64,000 nucleotides of DNA from Fimicolochytrium jonesii. Its lineage: Eukaryota. Below the pieces are notes generated by a model. That model worked only from the letters and a program-made list of their open reading frames with translations, was not told the origin of the DNA and made no database searches. Positions 45,766 through 57,062 of the stretch are shown one piece after another. The translations under genes were made by a program, and so were the position numbers. Each line of letters opens with the position of its first letter. Position 1 is the stretch's first letter. Location of the stretch: the NCBI RefSeq assembly GCF_025526975.1, contig NW_026515684.1, forward strand, positions 434,001-498,000. Reading direction: 5' to 3'.

Positions 45766-47048
45766 TGGGTGCTGCTTCTGTAGATGTCCCTCTTCCTGGC
45801 CGTATTTGCTGAATCTTGTATTTGTTTTTTTGGGTTTCTTTCGTGTACGTTTTGTTGGGGGTTATGGCGGTAGTGACTACATGGTGCAGATGGGTATCGG
45901 CTCTCTTCATGACGGGTTCTTATGGTCTTCATGAACATGGATATGGGAATCCGTTGCATCGACGGCGTTGCCGGCATTGGTCAAGCCCTTCTACTAAGGT
46001 TTATGATGTAGATTACGGGTTGTCCTTCATGACGTCTCATAAGGTTTTCGAAATGTTGACCATTACCCAGCCTGGGGCCTCTGATCGAGTCGGCTATCGA
46101 CCGATCCATTCAGCCAACCCCTTGGGCGAGTCCCACAGCGGTATCCCCGCCCGCGTGATGCTTTCTGCTCCGAAGCCCGTCCGGCGTGCACGGAAGGTGT
46201 CGTTTGCTCTTTCCAACTGTCAAAACGCGTGATTTGCTCAGCGGAAACGTGGGGCGGCAAACTCCGCTCTTCCTGGCCGATGACGGCCTGTTACGACACA
46301 TGGAGGAATGTAGACATGGAGGGAATGTCATATCAGTGCCCCCCAATAATCTGAGACATGGATATGAAAGGTTAACATCGAACGTGAGGGTGGTGCGAGT
46401 TTTTTGCCAGCAGACAAGTAGTATGATGCAGCTGGTGAGAGAAATGAAAACCATCTCTTGGTTGAACGCGGCCCGTCAAGAATTTAGAGTTGCGAGTAAA
46501 CTGTCGAGGCGGGAAAGCATGAACGACACTTTTGCCCTGGCCGCTCCAACTTCCAACCGGCAGTACGCGCCAGGAGAACGAAAAAAACCGACACTTTTGA
46601 CTGGTGTCGCTCGGTTTTCGGGGGCGAAAAATCGGGACCTTCGTATGATGGCCAGCCCACGGTGAGCCTAACCTTTCATGACCATTACAATTAGCCTTTA
46701 ACCCGGCGTCGCGCGCCTGCACCAACCAGATGCCCGAGAACGTCGCAATCCCATCCCGTCTTTGCGCTCTTGGCGGAAGGCCCGGCTCGGGAGGAAGTGC
46801 AGAGAGCTTGCACGCCAGAGCTGCCAGTTCGTAGAGCGTATAAAAGGCGACCAGATCCGTTCGCCCGCTTGCAACTTTTGTTTTCAATCCCACTTCTCGC
46901 CCAGCTCATCTGTCCTGGCTTTTGACTGCGTTCATCTTGATCGCGACTGGCCCTTACGTCAAACAAATACGGACAGCGCATCGTCTTCACTTCCGAATCA
47001 GTCTAGAACAACCGTCATTTGACGTGGTATACGACAGACTCACACAAT

Positions 47049-50000
47049 ATGCAGTACTCGCTCGCGATTTTGGCGGCGGCGCTTTTGGCGTCGAACGTCG
47101 CTGCTGTTCCTGCGCAGAAAGCAGGTGATTTGACCAAACATTTGGGGTGCTTTGGTGGATGGTTCGTCGTGGCTCTCGGACCACATCAGTCTCATTCATT
47201 GTGCATTTTCTCTTCCCTGTTTCACAGATCCTGCTTCGCTCATTGAAGACAATTGGACCGAATTCTGGGACATCGAGGAATCGACGACAACTTCTACAAG
47301 TCCCGCGTCGACATGGGCGTCTCTGGCCACTTTAGCGCCCCGAGCATTCGAGCGTCGACAAGTCGGAGGACGTACTGTCAGAATACGCTGTCTCGAGAAC
47401 TGTGCCACTGCTTACAAGCGCACCAACGCAATCTGCAAGCTTCGACCCAACGACAGAAACTGTGCACGGTACCGCGACCAGTTCGACCGGATCTGCAAGT
47501 CCAACTGTAACACCAACAACCCCGTGCTTACCTCGGCCGTCGTCGCTGGCTTGACACCGGCTACCAGCACCAGTCGCGCAGTGGCACTGCCAACTCCTGT
47601 ACGTCAATCCACTACCGCTGCCGTTGTGCCATCATCTGCTGCTCCCAAGCCCACCACCGTCATTGTTGCTGGCACCACAAGTATCGTCAACCCTGCGCGT
47701 ACCACCGCTGCTGTCCCCGCCGAAACCACACCCGTCGTATCTGGGTCCACCGCTGTTACACCCATCGAGACCACGGCTGCTCCTGTGCCGGCTGGTACTA
47801 CACTCTTCGTGGATGGCACCACCATCATCGTTCCCGCTGAAGAAACCACCATTGTTGCCCCGGCTGAAACCATCATCATCGTTGACGGTACCACCATTGC
47901 CACCGCAGCTCAAGAGACCACGGCGGCACCTGCTCCCGCGGCAACCACTATCATCGTCGACGGCTCAACCGTCATCGTGCCTGGTGAAGAGACCACTGCC
48001 GTTGTCGAGCCCGCTACTACAATCATCATCCCAGCCGAAACGACCCTCATCGCGCCAGAGGCGACTACCTTCGTCGTCGGCGGAGTTACCACCATTGTCG
48101 TGCCAGCCGAAACTCAAGTCGTTGAGCCCGGAACCACCGAGATCGTACCGGCTCGTACCACAGTGTTCACACCCGAGGAGACTACCTTCATCGTCGCGGA
48201 GACCACCGTTGTCGTTCCTGCTGAGGAAACCACCGCCGCTGAGCCTGCGCAACCTCAAGCCACGACCTTCATTGTTCAAGGCACCACTACTATCGTCACG
48301 CCCGAGGAAACCTCCATCGTTGAGCCAGGCACTACTGAGGTCATCGCTGGTGAGACCACGATTATCGCGCCTGAGGCTACTACCATCATCGAGGGTGTCA
48401 CCACGGTCGTTGCTCCGGAAGAAACCACGATCATTATCGAAGGCACAACTACCTTCACCGGTCCCGAGGATACCGTCGTTCCCGAAGCTTCTACCACAGT
48501 TTTCATTCCAGGCGCTACAACCATCGTGACTCCTGAAGAAACCTCTGTGGTTGCTCCCGGCACTACCGTCGTTACCCCCGGCGACACGATCATCGTCGTT
48601 CCCGGAGCCACAACGGCCATTGAAGAGACAACCATTTTCGGTGCACCTGAGACCACCACCATTCCCGGCGGCGAGGCTACAACCATTGAAGCGACAACCA
48701 CCACCGAGGCTGCGCCTCTCGAGACTACCAAGGTTATCATCGGCACAACTGACATCTTCGTCAGTGGCACCACCGAGAAAGTCTTCCTCACTTCTGAAAT
48801 CGTGCGCGGAGGAGAGCTCACTGAGGCCAGTGCCGTTCCTACTACCTTCGGTATTGTCATTACTCTTGAGCCAACTGCTACCGACGATGAGACCACATTG
48901 CTCACCTTCAGCACTGTCGTCACGCCCACTCCAGATGCCACGCGTACCCAACTCGACTTCACTACCGACCTCAGCGCGGCCACTACTTCCGCTGGAGGTG
49001 TTGTCGTCATCCCCGGATCTCCCACCACGACCTCCGGCGAAGAGGCTACCCGCGCACCGGAGGCTACCACTGTCGTCATCGGTGGAGCCACCACGGTCAT
49101 CATTCCGGGCGAAGAAACTACCGTCATCGAGGAACCGGCTACAACCGTCATCAGCTCTGAGGAGACCACCGCCGCTGTCCCTGAAGAGACCACCTTCATC
49201 GTCGGAGGCGCCACCACGATCGTATCGCCCGAAGCGACCGAGGTCGTTGAGCCGGGCACCACCGAAATCATCCCGGCCCGCACAACCGTCTTTGTACCCG
49301 AAGCAACTACCGTCGTCGTGGATGGCGTCACCACCGTGATCATCCCGGAAGGCACCACCGTGGTTGAACCCGCTACCACGGAGTTCATTCCTGCTCGCAC
49401 CACTATCATCGCTGTCCAGGAGACCACCGTCATCGTCAACGAACCGACTACGATCATCAACCCCGAGGTGACTGCTACTTCTGCAGCGGAGCCGTCGCCT
49501 ACCCCAGACGTCCTCTCGGAAGCCATCTTGGACTGCCTGGACAACTGTGACAATGCATACGAACAAATCACCGATTCGTGCACGTCTGATGGCCAAGACA
49601 GCGGCACTACTGACACCGAGAGCTGCCTTGAGTTTAGGAATATCTATGGTATATTGTCATTGTTCTCGAGCATTCCCACTCTACTACAACATTTCCTAAT
49701 CTCCACCCTTCGTATCAGCCGACCAATGTAGGTTGTCTTGCCGCGGCCAAGCCTTTACCGAGTCCGTCCAAGCTGTCGACACCTCGTCCGAGGCTGGCCA
49801 AGCCGAGCCTACTGCTACCACCGAGAATGTCGATGCAGCGGGCGATATCTTAACCACGGCCGCAGAAGCAATCGATGCTATCCAAACTACGGCCGCAGAA
49901 GCGATCGATGCTATCCAAACCACCGCTGAAGCTGAGATCACTCGAGCTGCGACCCTCGCTCCTGGAGTGCCCATCGTCAGCGTCGAGACCACACCCGCAG

Positions 50001-50841
50001 CCATTGTCAGCACTGTCGCCGGAGCCGCCGGAGCGGTTGAAACCTCAGCTATCTCCGCCATCGAGTCGGTATTGAGCACCGCTGCTGCAGCCGTCGAAAC
50101 CGGTGCACCCGAAGCCAGCCCCATCGTCAACATCGGAACCACCGCAGCTGAAGTCGCTAGCACGATCGCTGACATTGCAGGAGCCGCCGAGACTTCCATC
50201 GCCTCGGTCGCCGAGGCAGTGGCCAGCACAGCCGCCGTTGTTGCTTCGCCTACTGCAGCAAGTGGACCAAGTGCCAGTCCTGTCCAACCCCGACCTACCA
50301 CCGTTGCAGTCGCCCGCACCATCGATGAAGCTGCCCAAACCACCGCCATCGTGTCTGAGGCTGAGGGCATCCGAAGCACCATCGCTGCTGCCGCGACCAG
50401 CGCCATTGCGGAGATTTCCGTCACACCTATTGTTATCGCTCCATCCGCTGCAGCAACGGCATCTCCCGTGGCTCAGATCGTCAGCACGCTCGTGGCCTCT
50501 GCGGAAGCTGCTCAAACTTCAGCAATCATTTCCGCTGTTGAACAAGGTTTCAGCACCGTCGCGGCTGCCGAGACGAGCGCCATCGAGGCCGTGTCTCCGT
50601 CCGCCGTCGCTGTCGTGTCAGAGACACCCTCCGCCGGAGATGTCTCTGCCCCAACTCCCACGCCTACTGCGGCTCCATTGGGTGCCGTCGCTTCTCAATT
50701 AGGTAAGACTTCATACCGCTCTCATCGAAACTATCTTTTTGTGCATGTTTCCTGATTCACGGTCTCGCAATAGGTGACGTCCTTACAACAATCCTCTCCA
50801 ACATCTCCGCCACCGCCACTGCAGCCGCAACCGCTTTCTAA
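47049..50841 (+). CDS. Secreted Thr/Val/Glu-rich repetitive (mucin/adhesin-like) protein with two 6-Cys modules
   Basis: Signal peptide MQYSLAILAAALLASNVAA; introns ~47125-47227, 49649-49718 and ~50703-50773; ETT(I/V)(I/V)xxG repeats; TATAAAA at ~46839. Confidence 0.85.
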
Positions 50842-51380
50842 AGGCTGACGCCGACCGCAATAGCTAAGCATCCAATCACCATACATCCGGAGTAGTCCCG
50901 ACATTCGACTATACATTATTTGCGTTCTCTTTCCACATCATCGCCTCCAGTCACCGCATGTTCATTGTGAGCGATGACCGTCCGAGCGATGTGTCTGTGA
51001 CATTATTTTCCTTCTTCTTGTGTACGTTTATGTTTTGTTTTGCCTCTACCCCCCAACTTGTTGATATGAGGGCACATACAGTTGAGGTTTTGTATTCGAA
51101 TATTCGGACAATAGTACAGTCGTAAAACGTAATTATTGAGCACAGCTACATACATACTTCGAATTTTTTCACCTTTGCCCAGGGCAGCAGAGTAGGAACG
51201 GGCGAAAAGGAGCTGTTCTAGCCTACGCCGTGCCCAATGCGGTAAACTCCCTCCCGCGTGGTTTTTGATACAGAGAGATACTTATTGATGTGGTGCCCAT
51301 ACGAGGGAGAACACATTTCCCACCATCTTCCTCTTTCGGTTCACCACCATTAGACTTGATACAAAGGATTGACTGCTCCA

Positions 51381-51665
51381 TCAGTGCTTCTGGCCGATTT
51401 CGATCTTTTTGAAATGGAGGCGAACAGCAGTGGCGGAACGCCCGGTATGATATATCTCGTTCAGCACGTCGGCGATTTCTTGCCAGCTTTTATCCAGTTT
51501 TCGCCCGAAGACTATGGAGCCCTCTTCATGAGGGGTCCAAGGAATCTATGCAGCAGTTTTTCGGGGTGATGGGTTAGGCCGTTGACCGGTGATTAACCCG
51601 GGAACAGGCATATATGCACACACCGGTCTTTCATGCTTGGGCTTTTGCTCTTCAGACCCGTTCAT
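51381..51665 (-). CDS. 68-aa single Myb/SANT-like domain microprotein (paralog 1)
   Basis: Exon 51665-51624, intron 51623-51546 (GTGTGT..CTAAC..TAG) and exon 51545-51381 give MNGSEEQKPKHERP-IPWTPHEEGSIVFGRKLDKSWQEIADVLNEIYHTGRSATAVRLHFKKIEIGQKH*. Confidence 0.8.
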
Positions 51666-51818
51666 TGTTGCTTCGAGGTGGATGAGTGGACCTGGGTTAG
51701 TTCTCTGGATAAAACAAAGCCTATGAATGCGGAAGAGACTTTATGGGTTGGGAGCAGGAGAGGGTGTGTTGCTTCGAGGTGGATGAGTGGACTTGGGATA
51801 GTTCTTTGGATAAAACAA
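51666..51818. repeat. 52-bp direct repeat (period 101 bp) immediately upstream of paralog 1
   Basis: TGTTGCTTCGAGGTGGATGAGTGGAC..GGATAAAACAA at 51666-51717 and 51767-51818. Confidence 0.9.
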
Positions 51819-52222
51819 CCCCGCCTGGGAGCTTTCAATTCGATGCATCCCGAACATGAAGCCTAAGAGGCCCCCCCCCGTTGACTCATGACGTTCAAGT
51901 ACAGTACATCAGTGAACTCGTGGGGAAGACCGCCGTTGGGGGTGGTGACGGGGGGCCGGCCAGCCGCGACATAGTATTAGCCCAAATGCCGTCAATTCCA
52001 ACGCCCGTCGTAACCTCCGTTTTGGCATCCTACTGTCAAGTACGGTCATTGCCACACTACCAACATGGAGAACAGCCTAGTCAAGAAACATTACGCCGAT
52101 TATATTCACAAAACCCTTCTGCGATGAACTATTTTTTGACTAATTACAGAAGGGATTTAGAAAGCTATTTACAAGAGGAGAACGAGATCGGCTGGCTTTC
52201 GGTCGCTTCATTTGTGCTAGCA

Positions 52223-52497
52223 CTAGTGGCCAGCGACTTTGACTTTCTCCGCATGCTTTCGAACAGCATTCGGCGTGCGGTCCGTGTGGTACACCTGGTT
52301 CAACAAGTCGGTGATCTCTTGCCAGCCTTTGCCCATGTGGCGTAATACCAATATCGGACCCCCTTCGTATTCTGTCCATCCGCCCTTCTCCTTTCCTTGG
52401 TTAGGTCTTTGAGCAAAACCCGGTTATCGATGACGAGGACCTCTGCACCACATACCGGCTTATCATGCTTGAGCTTTTGTTCCTCGGATCCGTTCAT
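52223..52497 (-). CDS. ~67-aa Myb/SANT-like microprotein (paralog 2)
   Basis: Exon 52497-52456, intron GTATGT..CTAAC..AAG, and exon 52384-52223 give MNGSEEQKLKHDKP-GGWTEYEGGPILVLRHMGKGWQEITDLLNQVYHTDRTPNAVRKHAEKVKVAGH*. Confidence 0.75.
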
Positions 52498-52846
52498 TGT
52501 TGCTTTTCGAGAACGATGAGCGCGAGTGTGGTACTTTCGTTTTACAGAATAAAGCGTTGGGTTGTGGAAGCGACTCGATGGGTTGGATCCAGACTTTCGC
52601 AACGGCGGTGAAACCACATACAACGTGCTTTTCTGTGGAGGTGTCCGTAAAATGATGGAGAAAAGGAACCCCCCAATGACACATTCGAGCGATGCGCTTA
52701 CCCCCACCCCATATGGAGAGCGGTCTAATTGCGAAGCATGCGCTACCATTTGACACGCCGGTGGGGCAAGGATACAGCAACACCAACATACGACACCACC
52801 ACCGACAGCACGAACAACGCCATCAACATCAACACCATCATCGACA

Positions 52847-53330
52847 ATGCGCCTCCTCGTCGACGACACTGAGACAATCGGTTTGAGCTTCTCAACATCT
52901 CACCTCATCGAAGTCGCAGTGGCCTCGTTCTGCACGTCGACACGAACGATCCTCACGAGCCTACAGTTCATCATCCCCAGAGAAGGGGTAAACCAAGCCG
53001 AGCACATCAACGGCATTACGCAGGCTATGCTCGCGCAGGCGGCCGTGCCCGGAACACAGGCCATGCTCGAACATATGTGGTCCAGCAGCGATTGCATAAT
53101 CGCACACAACGCAGGTTTTGATCGACCTTTTCTAAGCCGCCCACTTCCCGACGTTGCCCGATAAACCCTGGTTGTGCACGGTGGCCGACATCTCGTTCCC
53201 TCGCACGAAGAGATCCAAGGTGCTGACGCACATTGCGGTCGATCACGACATACCCGTTCACAAGACACTTCGTGCACTTGATGACGTGCTGTTGCTCGCT
53301 CAACTGCTCGCCGTTGCTCGAGTCGCAAGT
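52847..53330 (+). pseudogene. DnaQ-like DEDDh 3'-5' exonuclease, bacterial type, intronless and frameshifted
   Basis: ExoI DTETIG, AEHINGIT, ExoII IAHNAGFDR, then KPWLCT..DI.FP and ExoIII (H>L)RALDD; one extra base near 53148. Confidence 0.85.
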
Positions 53331-53782
53331 GCGCCACAGCCTTTCCATGGTATTGTCGACGTCTGCATCTGCGCCGGCGGCCGTTCCTGTTCCTGCACCG
53401 CCCACACCTGTGTCGGCCGTGTCCGTGCGTTTAGTGTCTGGTTCCTCAAAGTAATGAACTGGGTAATGATCAAAGTAATCATGCAATACATAAATACGCA
53501 AATACGCAAATACACAATTGAAATGCTATCTGCCATGCATAAGATGCTCGAGACGTTTGCATCCGGTCGCTGTTGTGGCGTATCAAATGGACTCCCACCG
53601 AAAAGAGCTTTACAGAGAAAAACGAGGACCCTTTTACCTTTTGCCCCCCAGACTATGAACGAATTTACGCTACCCCTCGCAACGGCTACTTTGGTCGGAG
53701 GGCTCAAAGCTCCCCTCGACTATGTACACGACGCAACTATGAATGTTTTCGCATTGGGCCATGATGACGGTGTTGAACGCCA

Positions 53783-54683
53783 TCACCCATCATACTCAGA
53801 CGAATCGTCAACAAGCAAAGCAGCCTCGTCAAAGCGCTTCAGGTTATCAAGCCGTCGCTGATTGCCTGCTATGGCTGCTTGGCGCTTGCTGTGGCGGATC
53901 GGTGCTGTATTCGCCGGGCTGACGCGCTTCCCGTGATTGTTGATGTGTGGAGCGGGATCGACCGCTTGCACTTGGAACGGTGTTGCGATGTGCTGCTCGC
54001 CATTCATGGGTTCGGCAGGATGGTGGTCTGATTCGTGGACGTTGATGTTGTCGTTGTGCGTGTCCTCAGAAGGACCATTTCGGGAATCTTGAAGCGCGAG
54101 TTTGTCAGCAGTGGTTCTCCCTACAACCAGCCATGTATATCCATATCATACCGATGGTTGTTGCGTCTGTTTCATGAGCGGCCCCCTGGTGCATCTCTTC
54201 CTTGAGAGGTGGGGCCTCATTTTGGCTTTCACCAGTTAATCGGGAACCTTGTGTGTCCATGTCCACATGACTATTGAATGCTTCTGAGTTATTCCTGCCA
54301 GTTTCTGTTGGTACATCTTTCTTGCCTTTGGCACTCTTCCCAGTTTTACGTGGTTTCTTTGTTGTCTGTTTGCTTTCCTGCTTGACCGGGGGAGATGCCC
54401 CACATCTGGAAGCCACCTCAGGGTATTCACGCAGAATGACTTGATGCCAATGGACTCCAATTGCCGCGGGCGTGCGATCGGTGCCAAAGCCTTTGGCTAG
54501 GTTGTTGGAGATTTCAGGCCATCCTCTGCCCATTAATTTCCCCATAATTATTGCGCCGTCTTCTAGCTTGCTGTATGCAGCAGCTTTTTTTACAGGGGCC
54601 TGCAGAAAACAAAGCGATATCAGATTGGGGATTAAGCTTTTGGGAAGTTCAGCATGACCAACCTTTTTCTTTTCATCAGGCAT
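53783..54683 (-). CDS. Myb/SANT-like domain protein with a long disordered tail (paralog 3)
   Basis: YSKLEDGAIIMGKLMGRGWPEISNNLAKGFGTDRTPAAIGVHW; introns 54662-54600 and 54151-54088 join it in frame to ORF 53783-54007. Confidence 0.72.
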
Positions 54684-55192
54684 TGTGGCATGCTCAGCCT
54701 GGAACCGAGTTAACTACTTGCTAAGTTCTACCTCAGGTGGGGAAGATTGGAATGAAGCTTTCGAAAAGACGAGCAACGTGCAGGTTTCTGGCTGCTGGGA
54801 TGCAAACTTTGCCTCGGGGACTTGGACTTCGTGGAGAGGTGGAAAACAGAGGCAACTGTGACGCGGGTTCTGGAATTATGTCACGAATGGGGGGAGAACA
54901 ACGTGCGAGAGTTGGAAGGCCGTTGAGGAAGGGAGAAAGGGGGGGGGGGCAAGGACGAGCGGGTGCAAATGCAAGAAATTCGACAGCGCGTAGCATCCCG
55001 TGAGTCATGTGCTGTCAATCGTCTCGCTTTGTCGTCGGGCTTAAGTGTTCGGACGGGATGCTTGTGCTGTGAAAGGAGTAAGAGTGTAGATGAAGAGCAA
55101 TCTGGCGTCGCAGCATTTTGCTCACAGGTTTGAAGAGGTCAGCCGGGATCCAGCAGACTTTGACTGGAATTGTAAAAAGGACTCTTGCGGGC

Positions 55193-56675
55193 TTAGCAAG
55201 AGGGCTTAAGGATTCGCAACGATGCAAACCTTGAGGATCTGGACAAGCTCAGTGAGATCCGTATAATGCGGTTCACATCATATATGTACAAGACGTCGAT
55301 GGTTCTGTCCTTCTCGTCCTTAAAAGTCCTGTGGTCCAATGGGTGGGGTAACGTCCTAGGGAAGCTATCCGTGTCGAGCCTTTTTGCTGTCAAAATGTCT
55401 GGGATTGGCCTATCAGGGAGGTCCCTCTCCTTCGTGTCCTTCTTAGCACCCTTCTTGGTGTTTCTTGTAGCCATATGAAGGCCTGCATTCGACGTAGCGA
55501 CAGCAGGCCCCACTTGCGTCAACACAGTAGCCGTCGTTGTCGAGACCATACACATTGTAGTTGCCGTAACAGAAGCAGTAGTAGTTGCGGTACCCCTAGC
55601 ACTCCCCGCGCGAGTCTTCATATCAGAGCCGACTGGTTTGATTGTCGGTTGGATTGTCGCCGTGGTCGTCTCCGTCACCAGCAGCAGCAGCAGCTCTATC
55701 ACCAGCATCTGAGAAATAGGAACCCGAGGTGAGAGGGATGACAAGTATGTATCGCCATGGAATGAGTTGCCATCATCACGATCATCGCCTCTATCGCCTC
55801 CGCCTCCAATGTCATCTTCCTGGTCCTCATCCTCACTCTCGTCCTCATCCTCATCCTCATGCTCACCCCCGTCCTCGTCCTTCTCGTTACCCCCCCGTCC
55901 ATTTTGCCTTCGCTGGCCTTCCCGCCCAGACTGGATCTCTCTGCCTCTCCACGCGTAACGCAGCTCATCCTGGGCCAGGCCAGCCAAGTCACGCTGCCGA
56001 AAGAGAAGTAACCTGGATGCCAGGTCTATGAGCGCGCCGATGGTGAAGAAAACTGGTCCTTCCCTGTGAAATATGATTTGCACAGGTACGCCAGAAGCTA
56101 TTGTTCTTATCGTGGCCCTCGTGACGACGATTGCATAGCTGAGTCTGGAGCTGCCGAAACGCCTCTTCGCGCCGGCCTTCCGGAGTTTGAAGGGTGCGTT
56201 GCGGAGGAAAATGCATTGGCTGTTTGCCCGCGCTCCACTGAAGGATCTCTGTGGCGATAACCAGTATGTGTTCGGGAATAAGCGCCTCTCCCGGCGCGTC
56301 GAACTTTTTCAGATCTCGTGCCTGCTGGCGAACCATTGCCTCCAAAAATGTTCTGGTGGCCGGATCGGTGATGGATTCGAGCGGTGGCAAGACTTCTCCA
56401 GCCTCCCATATCTTTGCGGTGCCGCGGTAAAGGAATCCACCCTTGACATGACAAGCACCAAGGCTTGCGGCGGTATGGTTCTTCAAACGGCAAGTGCCAT
56501 GTGGTGTAGTAGTGCGGGAAAGCAGTTGGACGGCCACATTTGTGCGCATACGTTTGATCAAGCAGGTCACATTTGGGTCACATTGCCCCGCCGGACGGTT
56601 GGCAAGGTAGTTGCAAGGGGAGATCTCGTTGCGCCTGACACGGCGGTTGTGCAGTATTGGGAGCAGCGATGGCAA
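55193..56675 (-). other. Unknown coding-like region (two overlapping ORFs, acidic tract, possible Cys/His motif)
   Basis: 228-aa and 296-aa ORFs overlap near 56085; no family recognised. Confidence 0.35.
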
Positions 56676-57062
56676 TGCGGGCAGAGTACCAGAGCGTAAG
56701 AAGCCGCGACTGACGGAGATGAGTACGTTGGTGCACGGGAAGGGTTTAAGAGCGGCCTTGTAGAGCGAAGAATTCCGAGCGAGGGCAAAGGTCCTTCCGA
56801 TTGGACAAATGAAAGTGCTCAGTTAAACAACCACCCCGCCGCGCCCATCAGCCCATCAGCCAGCACATACCCAGTCAGATACCCAGTACAGACGGGCGGA
56901 CAGAAGATACTCCGGACGCATAGCTTTTTGGATTTTACACTTGGGACTAGGGGCGGCTTGGAGATATTCTGGCATTACACTGCAAGAGCCGCAGCGTATT
57001 CCGCGGTTTTGGCCTCCACTGCTCCGGCTTGCAAGCGCACAGCGTCCCCGCCCATTGGCAGC

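Noticed and set aside
47965..49616. Long minus-strand ORFs (543 and 446 aa)
   Set aside because: Antisense shadows of the repetitive Thr-rich gene.
51666..51818. Direct repeat with spacer as a possible CRISPR array
   Set aside because: Only two 52-bp units, eukaryotic context, no cas genes.
51369..52345. Similar plus-strand peptides (DFDLF..LVQHVGDFLPAF / DFDFL..LVQQVGDLLPAF)
   Set aside because: The similarity is the antisense shadow of the minus-strand Myb-like exons.
51381..56800. PIF/Harbinger transposon (Myb/SANT plus transposase)
   Set aside because: No DDE transposase or TIRs could be recognised.
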